DNA of 64,000 nt, from positions 35,712,001 through 35,776,000 of the forward strand of contig OX597824.1 in NCBI GenBank assembly GCA_951406725.2, written 5' to 3'. Numbering within the stretch: position 1 is the first letter of the stretch; each line of letters starts with the position of its first letter. The stretch is from Octopus vulgaris (taxonomy: Eukaryota). Positions 53,026 to 64,000 of the stretch are shown piece after piece. The notes under the pieces were generated by a model that was not told the DNA's origin, did not search any database, and saw nothing but the letters and a program-made list of their open reading frames with translations. The position numbers were made by a program, and so were the translations under genes.

Positions 53026-53252
53026 CTATTTCTTTACTACTCACAAGGGGCTAAACACAGAGGAGACAAACAAGGACAGACAAAGGGATTAAGTCGATTA
53101 CATCGACCCCAGTGCGTAACTAGTATTTAATTTATCGACCCCGAAAGGATGAAAGGCAAAGTCGACTGTGGCGGAATTTGAACTCAGAACGTAACGGCAG
53201 ACGAAATACGGCTACGTCCGGCGTGCTAACGTTTCTGCCAGCTCGCCGCCTT
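53026..53252 (-). mobile_element. SINE family A monomer
   Basis: TSD atatactttatatc on both flanks. Confidence 0.92.
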
Positions 53253-55149
53253 ATATACTTTATATCGCTGCTTCTTTGTCCCGTGTCAGTCAAAAGCTCC
53301 CGTTGTGAAAAATCGCGATCTCGCCCAGAATAGTAAAAGTATGGCTAATTTCTACATTGCAACGCTATCTATAGTATAATATCTCACACAATTCTTCAAA
53401 TAATATATGCCTGGTTTTCTAATTTTTGCAGGATAAGGTTTTCCGAAATACAGAAATTCGTTTTAAAACGTACCAAAATTATCCAGAAAATTTTTTATCA
53501 ATCATGTAATCAAGATTTATTTTATCTAAAGTAGACTGGAGTAGCTGTGATGTTCACATATGTTACATACACTAATATAAAAGCAGAAGAAGGCGGCGGC
53601 GAGCAGGCAGAATCGTTAGCACGCCGGAAAAAATACTTAGCGGCATTTCGTTCGTCTTCACGTTCTAAGTTCAAATTTCGCCGATGTCAACTTAGCCTTT
53701 CACCGGTCTCTTTTGCCGAACCGCTAAGTTATGGGGACGTAAACACACCAGCATCGGTTGTCAAGCGATGTTGGGGGATGGACAAACACAGACGCACAAA
53801 CATGTACACATGAGAACTACGTTAAGAATATGCACGTTTGTGGAATGCTTAGCCACTTGCACGTTAATCTCACAAGCAGGCTGTTCCGTTGGTCGGAGCA
53901 ACTGGAATACTGGTCATCGTAACCAACCTACTGCCAGTTTATATGTGGATCAAGATATATGAGTACCGTTTTAGAATGTTACTCCATTCGGTCGAGTATT
54001 CGATGATGGTTGGGGGTTGCCTCGAAGACAATTCAGTTAGAGTTTAATGAATAATTTCCACACAATGCAGTAATAATGGTAACTTAGTTGATATCTATCA
54101 CTTCAAGACAACATGTTGGAGGCTGGAAAGCTGTCTTCATTATCATTTAATGGCTGTCGTCGACTGAATCAAGATGTTTTTTGGAATCAGTATTATTGAT
54201 GGAACTGCAACAGTTAAAGGTTGAAGTTCCCTCGGTGAAATTTTACACATGGGAGTGAGAGAGGAGAGACAGAGGGGAGAAAGAGGAGTAGATAGAGAGG
54301 GGAAGAGAGTGGAGAGAGTGACTGGTTCAATGTGGAGATTGGAGACGAACCTACAATTTAATATTTAAACTGAACGAACAAACCACAAGCTGAAGAAACG
54401 GGTGGAATTCATACTTTTATACTTTCTCTTTATTTTCCTATATTTATATTTATATTATTTCATACACATTTCCCATTGCTGCTTATCATCATAGCAAATA
54501 TAATAATCATCTTCGGCAGTAGCAGCAGCAGCAGTAGTAGCAGCAGAATTAATGTTGTTGCTTCTGTTTCTATTGTACTTACTGTTGGTGGTGGCGACGG
54601 CGGTGGCTTTTGTTGTATATCAAAAAGTTACTTGTTTATCTTTGTTCATGGCAAATTAAACAAATGTTTCATATTAATGACCGTTCATATAGAAGTCACT
54701 TGACTGACTTCTCGCTAGTCTCGACGCAGCCTCTTTTATATGATCTCACCCCTGTTTAGACATGTAATATTCTGTAGCTGTATACCCAAATATTTATATT
54801 TATATTTATTTTTATTGTTGTATAAATAAAGAGCAAAGATTCAAACAAACGAAAATAACACAAACAAAACATTGATATTTTTGTCAATGTTTAGCCATAT
54901 GTGACTTTCGTAATAATAATGTTGGTGGCCACCTGTAGCTTTGAGGAATGCTTCAAGTATTCTTTGACATTAATTCAATAGGATTTCAACAATAAGCTTC
55001 ATTAATTCTTGTAACCTATGCATGCTTGGTGGCATTTTCCACATGTCTCACAACTGACGGCTTTATAATCAGTTCCTAGTCAGTATATGTTGCTGCTTTT
55101 AAGCTTCCAATATGGCGGTTATCTAAACAGTATTCATGTAAAGAGTTCT

Positions 55150-55234
55150 TTTATCTTTCGTCTTTCACTTGTTTTCAGTGATTAGTCTGCGGCCATGCTG
55201 GGGCACCGACTTGAAGAAATTTTAGATACACACT

Positions 55235-55297
<63 letters not shown>

Positions 55298-55299
55298 AC

Positions 55300-55330
<31 letters not shown>

Positions 55331-55470
55331 TGCATATACGGCATTCTTCTCCCAGTTTTCGTCTACCAAATCCGCTCAAAAGGCTTTGGTCGGCCCGAGT
55401 AGAAGACACTTGCCCAAGGTGCCGTGCAGTGGGACTTAACCCGGGACCATGTGGTTGGGAAGCAAGCCTG
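55150..55470 (-). mobile_element. SINE family B, interrupted at its head by a family A copy
   Basis: Reverse complement of the B-box/CORE-like region; the head resumes after 55703 (ttaccacacc). Confidence 0.8.
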
Positions 55471-55471
55471 T

Positions 55472-55703
55472 TATTTCTTTATTGCCCACGAGGGGCTAAA
55501 CATAGAGGGGACAAACAAGGACAGACAAAGGGATTAAGTCGATTACATCGACCCTAGTGCGTAACTGGTACTTAATTTATCGACCCCGAAAGGATGAAAG
55601 GCAAAGTTTACCCAAGCGGCATTTGAACTCAGAACGTAAAGACATACGAAATGCCGCCAAGCATTTCGCTCGACGTGTTAAAATTTCTGCCAGATCACCG
55701 CCT
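55472..55703 (-). mobile_element. SINE family A monomer
   Basis: Near-consensus copy. Confidence 0.9.
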
Positions 55704-56102
55704 TTACCACACCGACACATCTGTAGCTTCTTACCACACCGACACACCTGTAGAAATTATTTTCGCTTTAAGACCAGCAGCGATGTCACGTCGATTAAGA
55801 CTATAATTTCCGCAAGCCTCACTTACTATCTTGGAAGCTTGCTTCCAGAAATATTTATGTATTTGGCAAAATCTAACATTGGATGTTTGTGCATAAAATA
55901 CAATCTCATCATCCAGTCTTCTTTTGTATTGTTATACGTTCTCAGAAGACAAGATAATAGAGCCACAGGCATGGCTGTGTCGTTAAGAAACTTGCTCCCA
56001 CTGTACGGCATCTTGGGCAAGCCTCTTCCACTCTAACCTCGGGCCGACCAGTGCCTTGTTGGTGAATTTGTGTGAAAACATGCGTGAGTATGCATGTGTG
56101 TG

Positions 56103-56182
<80 letters not shown>

Positions 56183-56312
56183 GAGTTAAGTCCCACTGCA
56201 CGGCACCTTGGGCAAGTGTCTTCTGCTCGGGCCGACTAAAGCCTTTTGAGCGGATTTGGTAGGCGAAAACTGAGAGAAGCTTGCTATATACATGCATACA
56301 TACCCATTACTA

Positions 56313-56363
<51 letters not shown>

Positions 56364-56412
56364 TTGTATGCGTGTGTGAGTGTGTATGTATGTATCTTTG
56401 TGTATATGTATA

Positions 56413-56445
<33 letters not shown>

Positions 56446-56507
56446 CTTTAGTGACGAGTATAGTGTACTGTTCGTGACCAAATGCGAAGAACCGATTTGA
56501 ACACAGG

Positions 56508-56702
56508 TTGTTGTTTAGCCCTGTTCAAGCAGGCTTATGATTGAAAGTGTTCCAGCCATGGCCACTCTATTTTTATAGACATAGTGTATTTGAAAATGCA
56601 TTATCAAAAGTGTTATCCCTTTTTTTAAAGATGGTAAGAAATGGTTTGTAGAAGATTTCACTGCTATTTCTAGCAAGTCGAGCGACCACGTAGGTGCTCC
56701 TT
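56508..56702 (-). mobile_element. Interspersed repeat family D (SINE-like)
   Basis: gttgtttagccc...ctgctatttctagcaagtcgagcgaccacgtag; related copies at ~9689, 20640, 50340, 57910 and 59128. Confidence 0.65.
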
Positions 56703-57061
56703 CGTTTCTACATTTGTTAGTGTTTTAGACCGTCCGATTGAATACATAAAAACATAGTGAGGAAGTCTCTTTCCCATCTATTTAACAGCTGTCTTTAGCC
56801 AAACAAGTGTTCAAGATTTACTCTGTTGGTGGTCACAGACATCAGCGCTCACCATCTTCATTGATATGTTTGTGTATTCTACTCTAAGTTATTAAACAAT
56901 TACTTAGTGAAGATTTACAGAAGCTGAAGACTATGGCAGAAGTTAAAGAAGAAAAAAAATAATGAATTTGATTTCAATTATCCAAAATTATTGCTCTGCT
57001 TCGTATGAATTCAAACGTTCTTCTACATAACATGCATCATTATGTATCTCAGTTTTATTAT

Positions 57062-57295
57062 GTTTCTTTATTACCCACAAGGGGCTAAACATAGAGGGGA
57101 CAAACAAGGACAGACAAAGGGATTAAGTCGATTATATCGACCCCAGTGCGTAACTGGTACTTAATTTATCGACCCCGAAAGGATGAAAGGCAAAGTCGAC
57201 CTCGGCGGAATTTGAACCCAGAATACTTAACGGCAGACGAAATACGGCTACGCATTTCGCCCGGCGTGCTAACGTTTCTTCCAGCTCGCCGCCTT
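57062..57295 (-). mobile_element. SINE family A monomer
   Basis: Near-consensus; flanked by the approximate direct repeat tcagtttta.tat. Confidence 0.92.
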
Positions 57296-57379
57296 ATTTC
57301 AGTTTTACTATATCCTGAAAACAAACGACGAAACAACTCCACGAACTTTAGCAACAAATTATTATAAAGTATTTGCACA

Positions 57380-57820
57380 CGTGACTATGTGGCAAGAAGC
57401 TTGTTTCCCAGCCACATGATTCCAGGTTCAAGCCCGCTGTTTGGCACATTGGGCAAGTGTCTTCTATTATAGTCTTGGGCTGACCGAAGCTTTCTAAAAG
57501 GATTTGGTGGACAGCAACTGAAAAGTAGCCCGGGGTATACATGCGTGAGTGTGTGTGTGTGTGTGTGCGCCTTCGTGTCTGTGTGTGTGTGCGCGCGCAC
57601 GCCTTCGTGTCTGTGTTTGTCCACCACCACCGCTTGACAACCAGTATTGGTCTGTTAACGTCCCTGTAACTTAGCAGTTCGGCAAAAGTCACCGATAGAA
57701 TAAATACCAAGCTTTTAAAAAAAGTAAATACTAGATTCGATTCTTTCGACTAAAATCTAAAATTCTTCAAAACGGAGCATAGTCGTAGTCTAATGATTGA
57801 AACGAGTAAAAGAAAAAGAG
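57380..57820 (+). mobile_element. SINE family B
   Basis: Head, CORE-like motif, (TG)n and tail. Confidence 0.85.
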
Positions 57821-60176
57821 ATTCTAGTCATTAATTCTATAAATTGTTGTGAAAAGAACGGTGTTTCTTTGTTTTCGTTTTTTGTTTTTGTTTTTTGTTT
57901 TTTGTTACATACCTAAGCTCTAAGTCAACTTGTACGAAAAGACCGAGGAACAAAGGCGTTCCATTTATGACTATTCTGTGTTTTGTAATACCAGCGAACT
58001 ACATTGTCCTACGTATGCTATACTTACGATTGTGTGAAAGATTTTAGGCACATTTTGCTATTATTTCTAATGATCGAACAACATTTTAGAGACTCAAATT
58101 CCCTTATATATATTTTTTTTTGCAGTTAATCAGGAATATATAGATAATATTGGACATGTAGAGTTAAAATGTACATTAAATTTTATATCGTAAATCGGTC
58201 TTTTCTGAAATGCAGAAAAAGAATGAAAAAGTCAAAGTTTGGCTTACGTTGACAATGAGTTGAGTGAGTCTCTGGAAGTAGTAAATAGCGCTAGACGCAA
58301 TTGCGTCTGCAAATGAGAATATTCAAGATTTGTGTAGTGCAACAAAGTTTGTGCCAAACTCAAATAGAATTTTGCAATAAAAAAATAAATAAACGAGACA
58401 AAATTGCTGTTTTTCTTTTTAGCACCATTGCGTGGATATATATAATAAGCGAGTTAACCGAAAGAATTACAAACTTGTATCGCCTATAGACATTTCAGTG
58501 TGTCCCCTTGTAAGAAATATTACAAGTTTTTCCAGATAAAATAACCTAGAATACGTTAAGATCTTAAACAATGTCGTCATTTGTCTATGATTAAGTGTAA
58601 CAATAGATATTCCAGAGAAAATTCTATAATCTTAGGCGGACAACACAAAACATATAAAACCCGATCCCATGAATGCAACAAAAGGATTAACTGTAAGACT
58701 TTATTGAACGGATTTAGTTAAAAGTATTTGAAACAAAAATATGCAGAGGAAAGAATACCTGGGCGGTAACTTTATCTGATTCTTTGGTACATTCGGGAAA
58801 GGTGAGATGAAGACTTGAAATAAAGTGTACTGTTATACTCTACTGACAGCACTTCAGGTATTTGTCAAATGTTCTGTTAAATCAATGTTTTTTTTTGTTT
58901 TTTTTTTTTACAAAGGTTGTGATATTCATTCTCAAAGACATTGACAGGATAATTCTAAATGTTCAAAGTTTAAGAAACTAGCCAATAATCCGAGGCCTTG
59001 ATATGGTTTCACTGTTACATGAGAAATGCATATAAAATATCCCAGCTAAATATTTTCTCTTTAATGTATGATTTGTTCATACCTTTAAAAGTACTATTTT
59101 ATAAATGGTGGTGATGGTTGTTGTTTCTATTGTTTAACCCTAAGTCAACTCTGACTGAACGGACATGTGGTTAAAGATACTCCAGTTGTGGCCATTCTGT
59201 CTTTCTATAAGCTATTACATTGTTCAATGTATTATACTTTCTCTGAAGAAAAGTATAATACAGATGGGTGTGATTTGAGGATGATTTAGCTGTTATTGCT
59301 AGCAGTTTGAGGGACTGCGTAGAGAAACCGTCTTTAGTCTGGTCGAGTACTGAGTGACCGAAGATGTTCAAGTCAGAGTAGCAATTTCTCAGGGTTGCAA
59401 TAATAAATCCATATTTCATATGTTCAGCCCTGATTTCCAAAGGTCACTTGTTTCTTTAAATACGAATTACAGAGGGCGTCTGATATGGAAGCTAGATAAC
59501 CATAAAATAAAGGAAATTACTTCGTTATACTCTAGAGGTAACAACGGGGAACCATTCAAATATCCAGTCTCAAGCCAAAATCATCTGTTTTTACTGGTTA
59601 GCTTCTTTAGCCTCGCTTTAAAAAAATGTGTGTACTAAAACATGTGTACCAGACACAGTGATTATGCAACAGGATTTTTCTCTTTCAAACAGGAAATAAA
59701 CCGAATTAACTAGTATCAGTTTTATTTAAACTTCAACCAGGTATCGATTATTTATTCTCTATAGGTGGAGTGAACAGTAACTTATTACTGTTTGTAGTAT
59801 GCACAATCTGAAGCAAAACCTGAACTGACCTTTCTGATTTGCATAGCAATGCAAGCACTGGATAACGAATTACTTATTAATTAATAGATCAATTACTTAA
59901 TTCATTGATTAATTAATTTATAGAAAAGAGTATAATGGTAGGATAAAGATGTAAGGGGAACGTACAAGCAATGTTTTAGCAAGCATATTTTATTCAGTCT
60001 CGAAAATTAAACTTCGTTATTAAAATTATTGTGTGTTTATGTGTGTGTGCGCGCGTGTGTGTATGTGTGTGTCTGTATTAGAAAGCTAATTATAAACTGG
60101 AAGCTCCTCTTAGTTCAAGTACTCACCACAAGTACTGAGGATTATGTGTTACATTTATTCTAATGTAATGCACTAT

Positions 60177-60628
60177 ACTCTCTTTACTCTTTACCTTGTC
60201 TCAGTGATTTGACTGCGGCCATGCTGGAGCACCGCCTTTAGTCGAGCAAATCGACCACAGGACTTATTCTTTGGAAGCCTAGTACTTATTCTATCGGTCT
60301 CTTTTGCCGAACCGCTAAGTTACGGGGACGTAAACACACCACCATCGGTTGTCAAGCGATGTTGCGGGGACAAACACAGACACACAAACATATACACATA
60401 CATGGATACACACACACACACACACAAACACACATGCACATATATATATATATACATATACATATATTTACTACGGGCTTCTTTCAGTTTCCGTCTACCA
60501 AATCCACTCACAAGGCTTTGGTCGGCCCGAGGCTATAGTAGAAGACATTTTCCCAAGGTGCCACGCAGTGGGAATGAACCCGGAACCATGTGGTTCGTAA
60601 GCAAGCTACTTACCACACAGCCACTCCT
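60177..60628 (-). mobile_element. SINE family B full length
   Basis: Near-consensus reverse complement of 23392-23800. Confidence 0.9.
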
Positions 60629-61785
60629 ATGAGTGTTTTAATAGTGTTGTTATTTTTCATCTCTGATACCATTGGTTTCTAGCAGAAATTTCCGCATTTA
60701 TTCAACAAGAATTTCATCTATGAATGTTACTCCACCGATGACTTTGACGAGAATATGATGCGAAATTACGGTTGCCATGAGATGTGTCAACACCATTAAA
60801 TTAGTTATGTATCAAAGCAAGATTCAAAAGCGCGTATGCGCGCGCGTGTGTATGGATTGATATATACTTTTACGCATGTGTATACACGCCTATACATATA
60901 ATACAAGCACCAGCCGGTGCTCTTTAGATATATAATAACAGTTTACATACCCTCTTCCCCCGGGGACACCCATCGCGTTCATTTCCCCTTCTTTTTTTTA
61001 ATTTCATGCCGCAGCGAACGGTAACCTTCACATGGTGTATCAACAATCAACAAAGAAATGTTTTCTTTGTTGACAATTTAGAAAAACCGGATGCAATAAC
61101 GAAATCGACCAATAAAAGAAGAATATGGAAGACGAAATAACCTATGGAAGCGCAGCGGGGAAAATAATGAAGAGAACACCCAGACATGAAAACGTTTGAC
61201 GGTTAACCAATTCAAACGATAGCTACACACAAAAGAACTTACCTATTTGAATACATAAAAAGCCAGTTGGATATTTTTAAAGACAATAGCCTGAATTATA
61301 ACAGTGTTGTAAAACTGAAGTCACAAGAAAAAGAATCTAGGTTAAATAAACACTATTTTCTGCACCATATATTGAGTACTTTCTTCTTCGCTCGTTTACA
61401 AACTGTAACACTGAAATATTGTGTTACAGTTTGTTGTACTTTATGGTCGTACAATTGTGTAAATATATATTTAATATATATCTACATGTGTTTACATATT
61501 TTCCACATGTGTTTATCTGGATATTATGCACGATTATTAGACACTCAAATATGCACGAAGTCACACAGCCGCACGCGCGCGCACACATATTCAGCAACAA
61601 ATACGTGTATATATTACCCTTTTGCTTGCTCCATCTCATGTCCTTTATGAATAATTGGCAAGAATCTTGAAGTGAAATCATATATTACAACGGTTGTATT
61701 TTGGGTTAGTGATTTTAACCAATATCAAGCACATACACTGCTAGTGAATGGTTATTATTCGCTGTTTATTATTTATATGTGAGGG

Positions 61786-62377
61786 AAGGCGGCAAGTTGG
61801 CAGAATCGTTAGCACGCCGGGCGAAATGCTTAACTGTATTTCGTCTGTCGCTATGTTTGTGAGTTCAAATTCCACCGAGGTCGACTTTGCCTTTCATCCT
61901 TTCGGGGTCGATTAAATAAGTACCAGTTACGCACTGGGGTCGATATAATCGACTTAATCCGTTTGTCTGTTCTTGTTTCTCCTCTCTGTGTTTAGCCCCT
62001 TGTGGGTAGTTAAGAAATAGGTATTTCGTCTGCCGCTACTTTCTGAGTTCAAATTCCGCCGGGGTCGACTTTGCCTTTCATCCTTTCAGGGTCGATTAAA
62101 TAAGTACCAGTTAAGCACTGGGGTCGATATAATCGACTTAATCCGTTTGTCTGTCCTTGTTTATCCTCTCTGTGTTTAGCTCCTTGCGGGTAGTAAAGAA
62201 ATGGGTATTCCGGTATATCGTCTGCTACTACGTTCTGAGTTCAAATTCCGCCGAGGTCCACTTTGCCTTTCATCCTTTCAGGGTTGATGAAATAAGTACC
62301 AGTTACGCACAGGGGTCGATGTAATCGACTAGCCCCCTTCCCCCCAAATTTTCAAGGCCTTGTGCCTAGTGTAGAGA
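61786..62377 (+). mobile_element. SINE family A trimer
   Basis: One head and three ~180-bp units; flanked by the direct repeat tttatatgtg(a/g)gg. Confidence 0.9.
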
Positions 62378-62398
62378 TAATCATTTATATGTGGGGAA

Positions 62399-63025
62399 AG
62401 GAGGCGAGTTGGTAGTATCGTTAGGCGGGCAAAATGCTGATCGGCATTTCGACCGTCTTTACATTTTGAGTTCAAATTCCGCCGAGATCAACTTTACCTT
62501 TCATCCTTTCGGGGTCGATAAAACAAGTACCTGTCGAGCACTGCAGTCAATCTAATCTACCTACCCACTCTCTCAAAATTTCAGGCCTCGTGTCTATTTT
62601 TTATGTGAGTAGAGAATGACCTAGCAGAATCGTTCGCGCGTAAGATTAAAAGCTTAGCGTCATTTCTTCTGGCTCAGTTCTTAGTTGAAAATCCGCCGAG
62701 ATCCTTTCGGGTCGATAAAATAAGTACTAATATAGCGCTGGGGTTGATGTAATTGACTTAACCCCTCCCTCAAAATTTCAGGCTCTGTGCGTAGAGTATA
62801 ACGGAGGTGGAGAGCTGGCAGAATCGTTAGCACGTCGGATAAAATGCTTAGTATAATTTTTTCTGACTCTTTTCGTTCTGAGCTCAAATTCTGCCGAGAT
62901 TAACTTTGTCTTACTTTTTTCTCCGAGTCGACAAAAAATAAAGTAACAGCCAAGTACTGGAGTCGATGTTTTCGACTTTTTTCTCTCTTCAAAATTACCG
63001 ACCTTGTTTCAGGATTAGGAAGAAG
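62399..63025 (+). mobile_element. Three older head-to-tail SINE family A monomers
   Basis: Heads at ~62399, ~62615 and ~62805. Confidence 0.8.
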
Positions 63026-63134
63026 CATTTTTATGTGGTTTTTCTTTTGTACTTCGAATTCCTTCTGTAAAGGAAGGGACGGTTCCTAACAAAGTAGGAA
63101 ACACCTATCATCGCAAACAATTATTCAATTGTAG

Positions 63135-63515
63135 ATGCAGGTATGGCTGTGTGGTAAAAAGCTTGCTTCTTGAGACATTGTTCCGAGTTCAGTCGCACGC
63201 ATGGCACCTTCGGCAAGTGTCTTCTACTATAGCCCCGAACCGACCAAAGCTTGTGAGTGGATTTGGTAGACAGAAACTGAAAGAAGCTCGTCGTATATGC
63301 GTGTGTGGTTATGTGTATGCGTGTGAGTATTTGTGTCTGTGTTTGTCCTCCATCACTGCTTGTCAACTGGTGTTGGTCTGTTTACGTCCCCGTTATCTGG
63401 CGGTTCAACGAAAACTGTCAATAGAATAAGTACCACGCTTTAAAAAAGCGCTGGAATCGACTCGTTCGACTGAAATTCTTCCAGCTTGGCCGCAGTTTCA
63501 TGATTGAAACTAGAA
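63135..63515 (+). mobile_element. SINE family B
   Basis: Head gcaggtatggctgtgtggtaa, CORE-like motif and tail. Confidence 0.85.
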
Positions 63516-64000
63516 AAAGAAAAAAAGAAAATTAAATTGAATTTTAGAAAAATACTTGCATCTCTTAACTATTGTACTTACACACTGTTTTTTTACAGAA
63601 TGTATCACATTCTCAACCCAGTTGTTGTTAAGGTCGGGGTAATCGACAAACTCGAACGAACCACTTCCCATCTTCATACAACTGTAATTATTAATTAAAA
63701 TTTTAATTGTAATTTTGTTTCTGGTAGCTGAATTTTAATTGTAATTTTGAGGTTCTGACAGCTAATGACAGAGCCATTTCAAAAACTGGAATAGCCAAGC
63801 CCGTTATTTCTAAATCCTGACTACGCCCTATGATTCATAACCTGAAACCCCCGGTTTTTCTCCATTGCAAGTAAGACCCTTAGTAAATTAGACTAAGAAC
63901 AAAAACATAGGCATGGAGATATAGTATAAGTAACATAATATAAGTAACAAACCATTGTCCAGAAATACTCGTTTCCAAGCTTTTTCAAGAAGATGCAACC

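Overview
Repeat-saturated, AT-rich eukaryotic non-coding DNA. The tRNA-derived SINE families and the extreme microsatellite load point to an octopus or other coleoid cephalopod genome (inference). There is no intact multi-exon gene, rRNA, tRNA or CRISPR array, and almost every ORF in the track is a microsatellite artefact. Contents: more than 20 insertions of a Meta-domain-like tRNA SINE (some as multimers), about 8 copies of a CORE-like SINE, and two further SINE-like families. Also present are R4/Dong-clade LINE remnants, an RTE 3' end with C2H2 fingers, two Penelope-like (PLE, GIY-YIG) fragments, a decayed mariner, Tc1-, hAT- and Merlin-type MITEs and a Helitron. The most striking signal is about 10 minimal hammerhead-ribozyme-like motifs, many with non-canonical cores. 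They lie in PLE 3' ends, in short non-coding PLE derivatives, and in three fold-back elements sitting in or next to (TA)n tracts. A few candidate host exons are reported at low confidence, including an 11-nt microexon with a ~140-nt AG-free zone. All alignments and folds were done by eye; boundaries are approximate unless a TSD or TIR is given.
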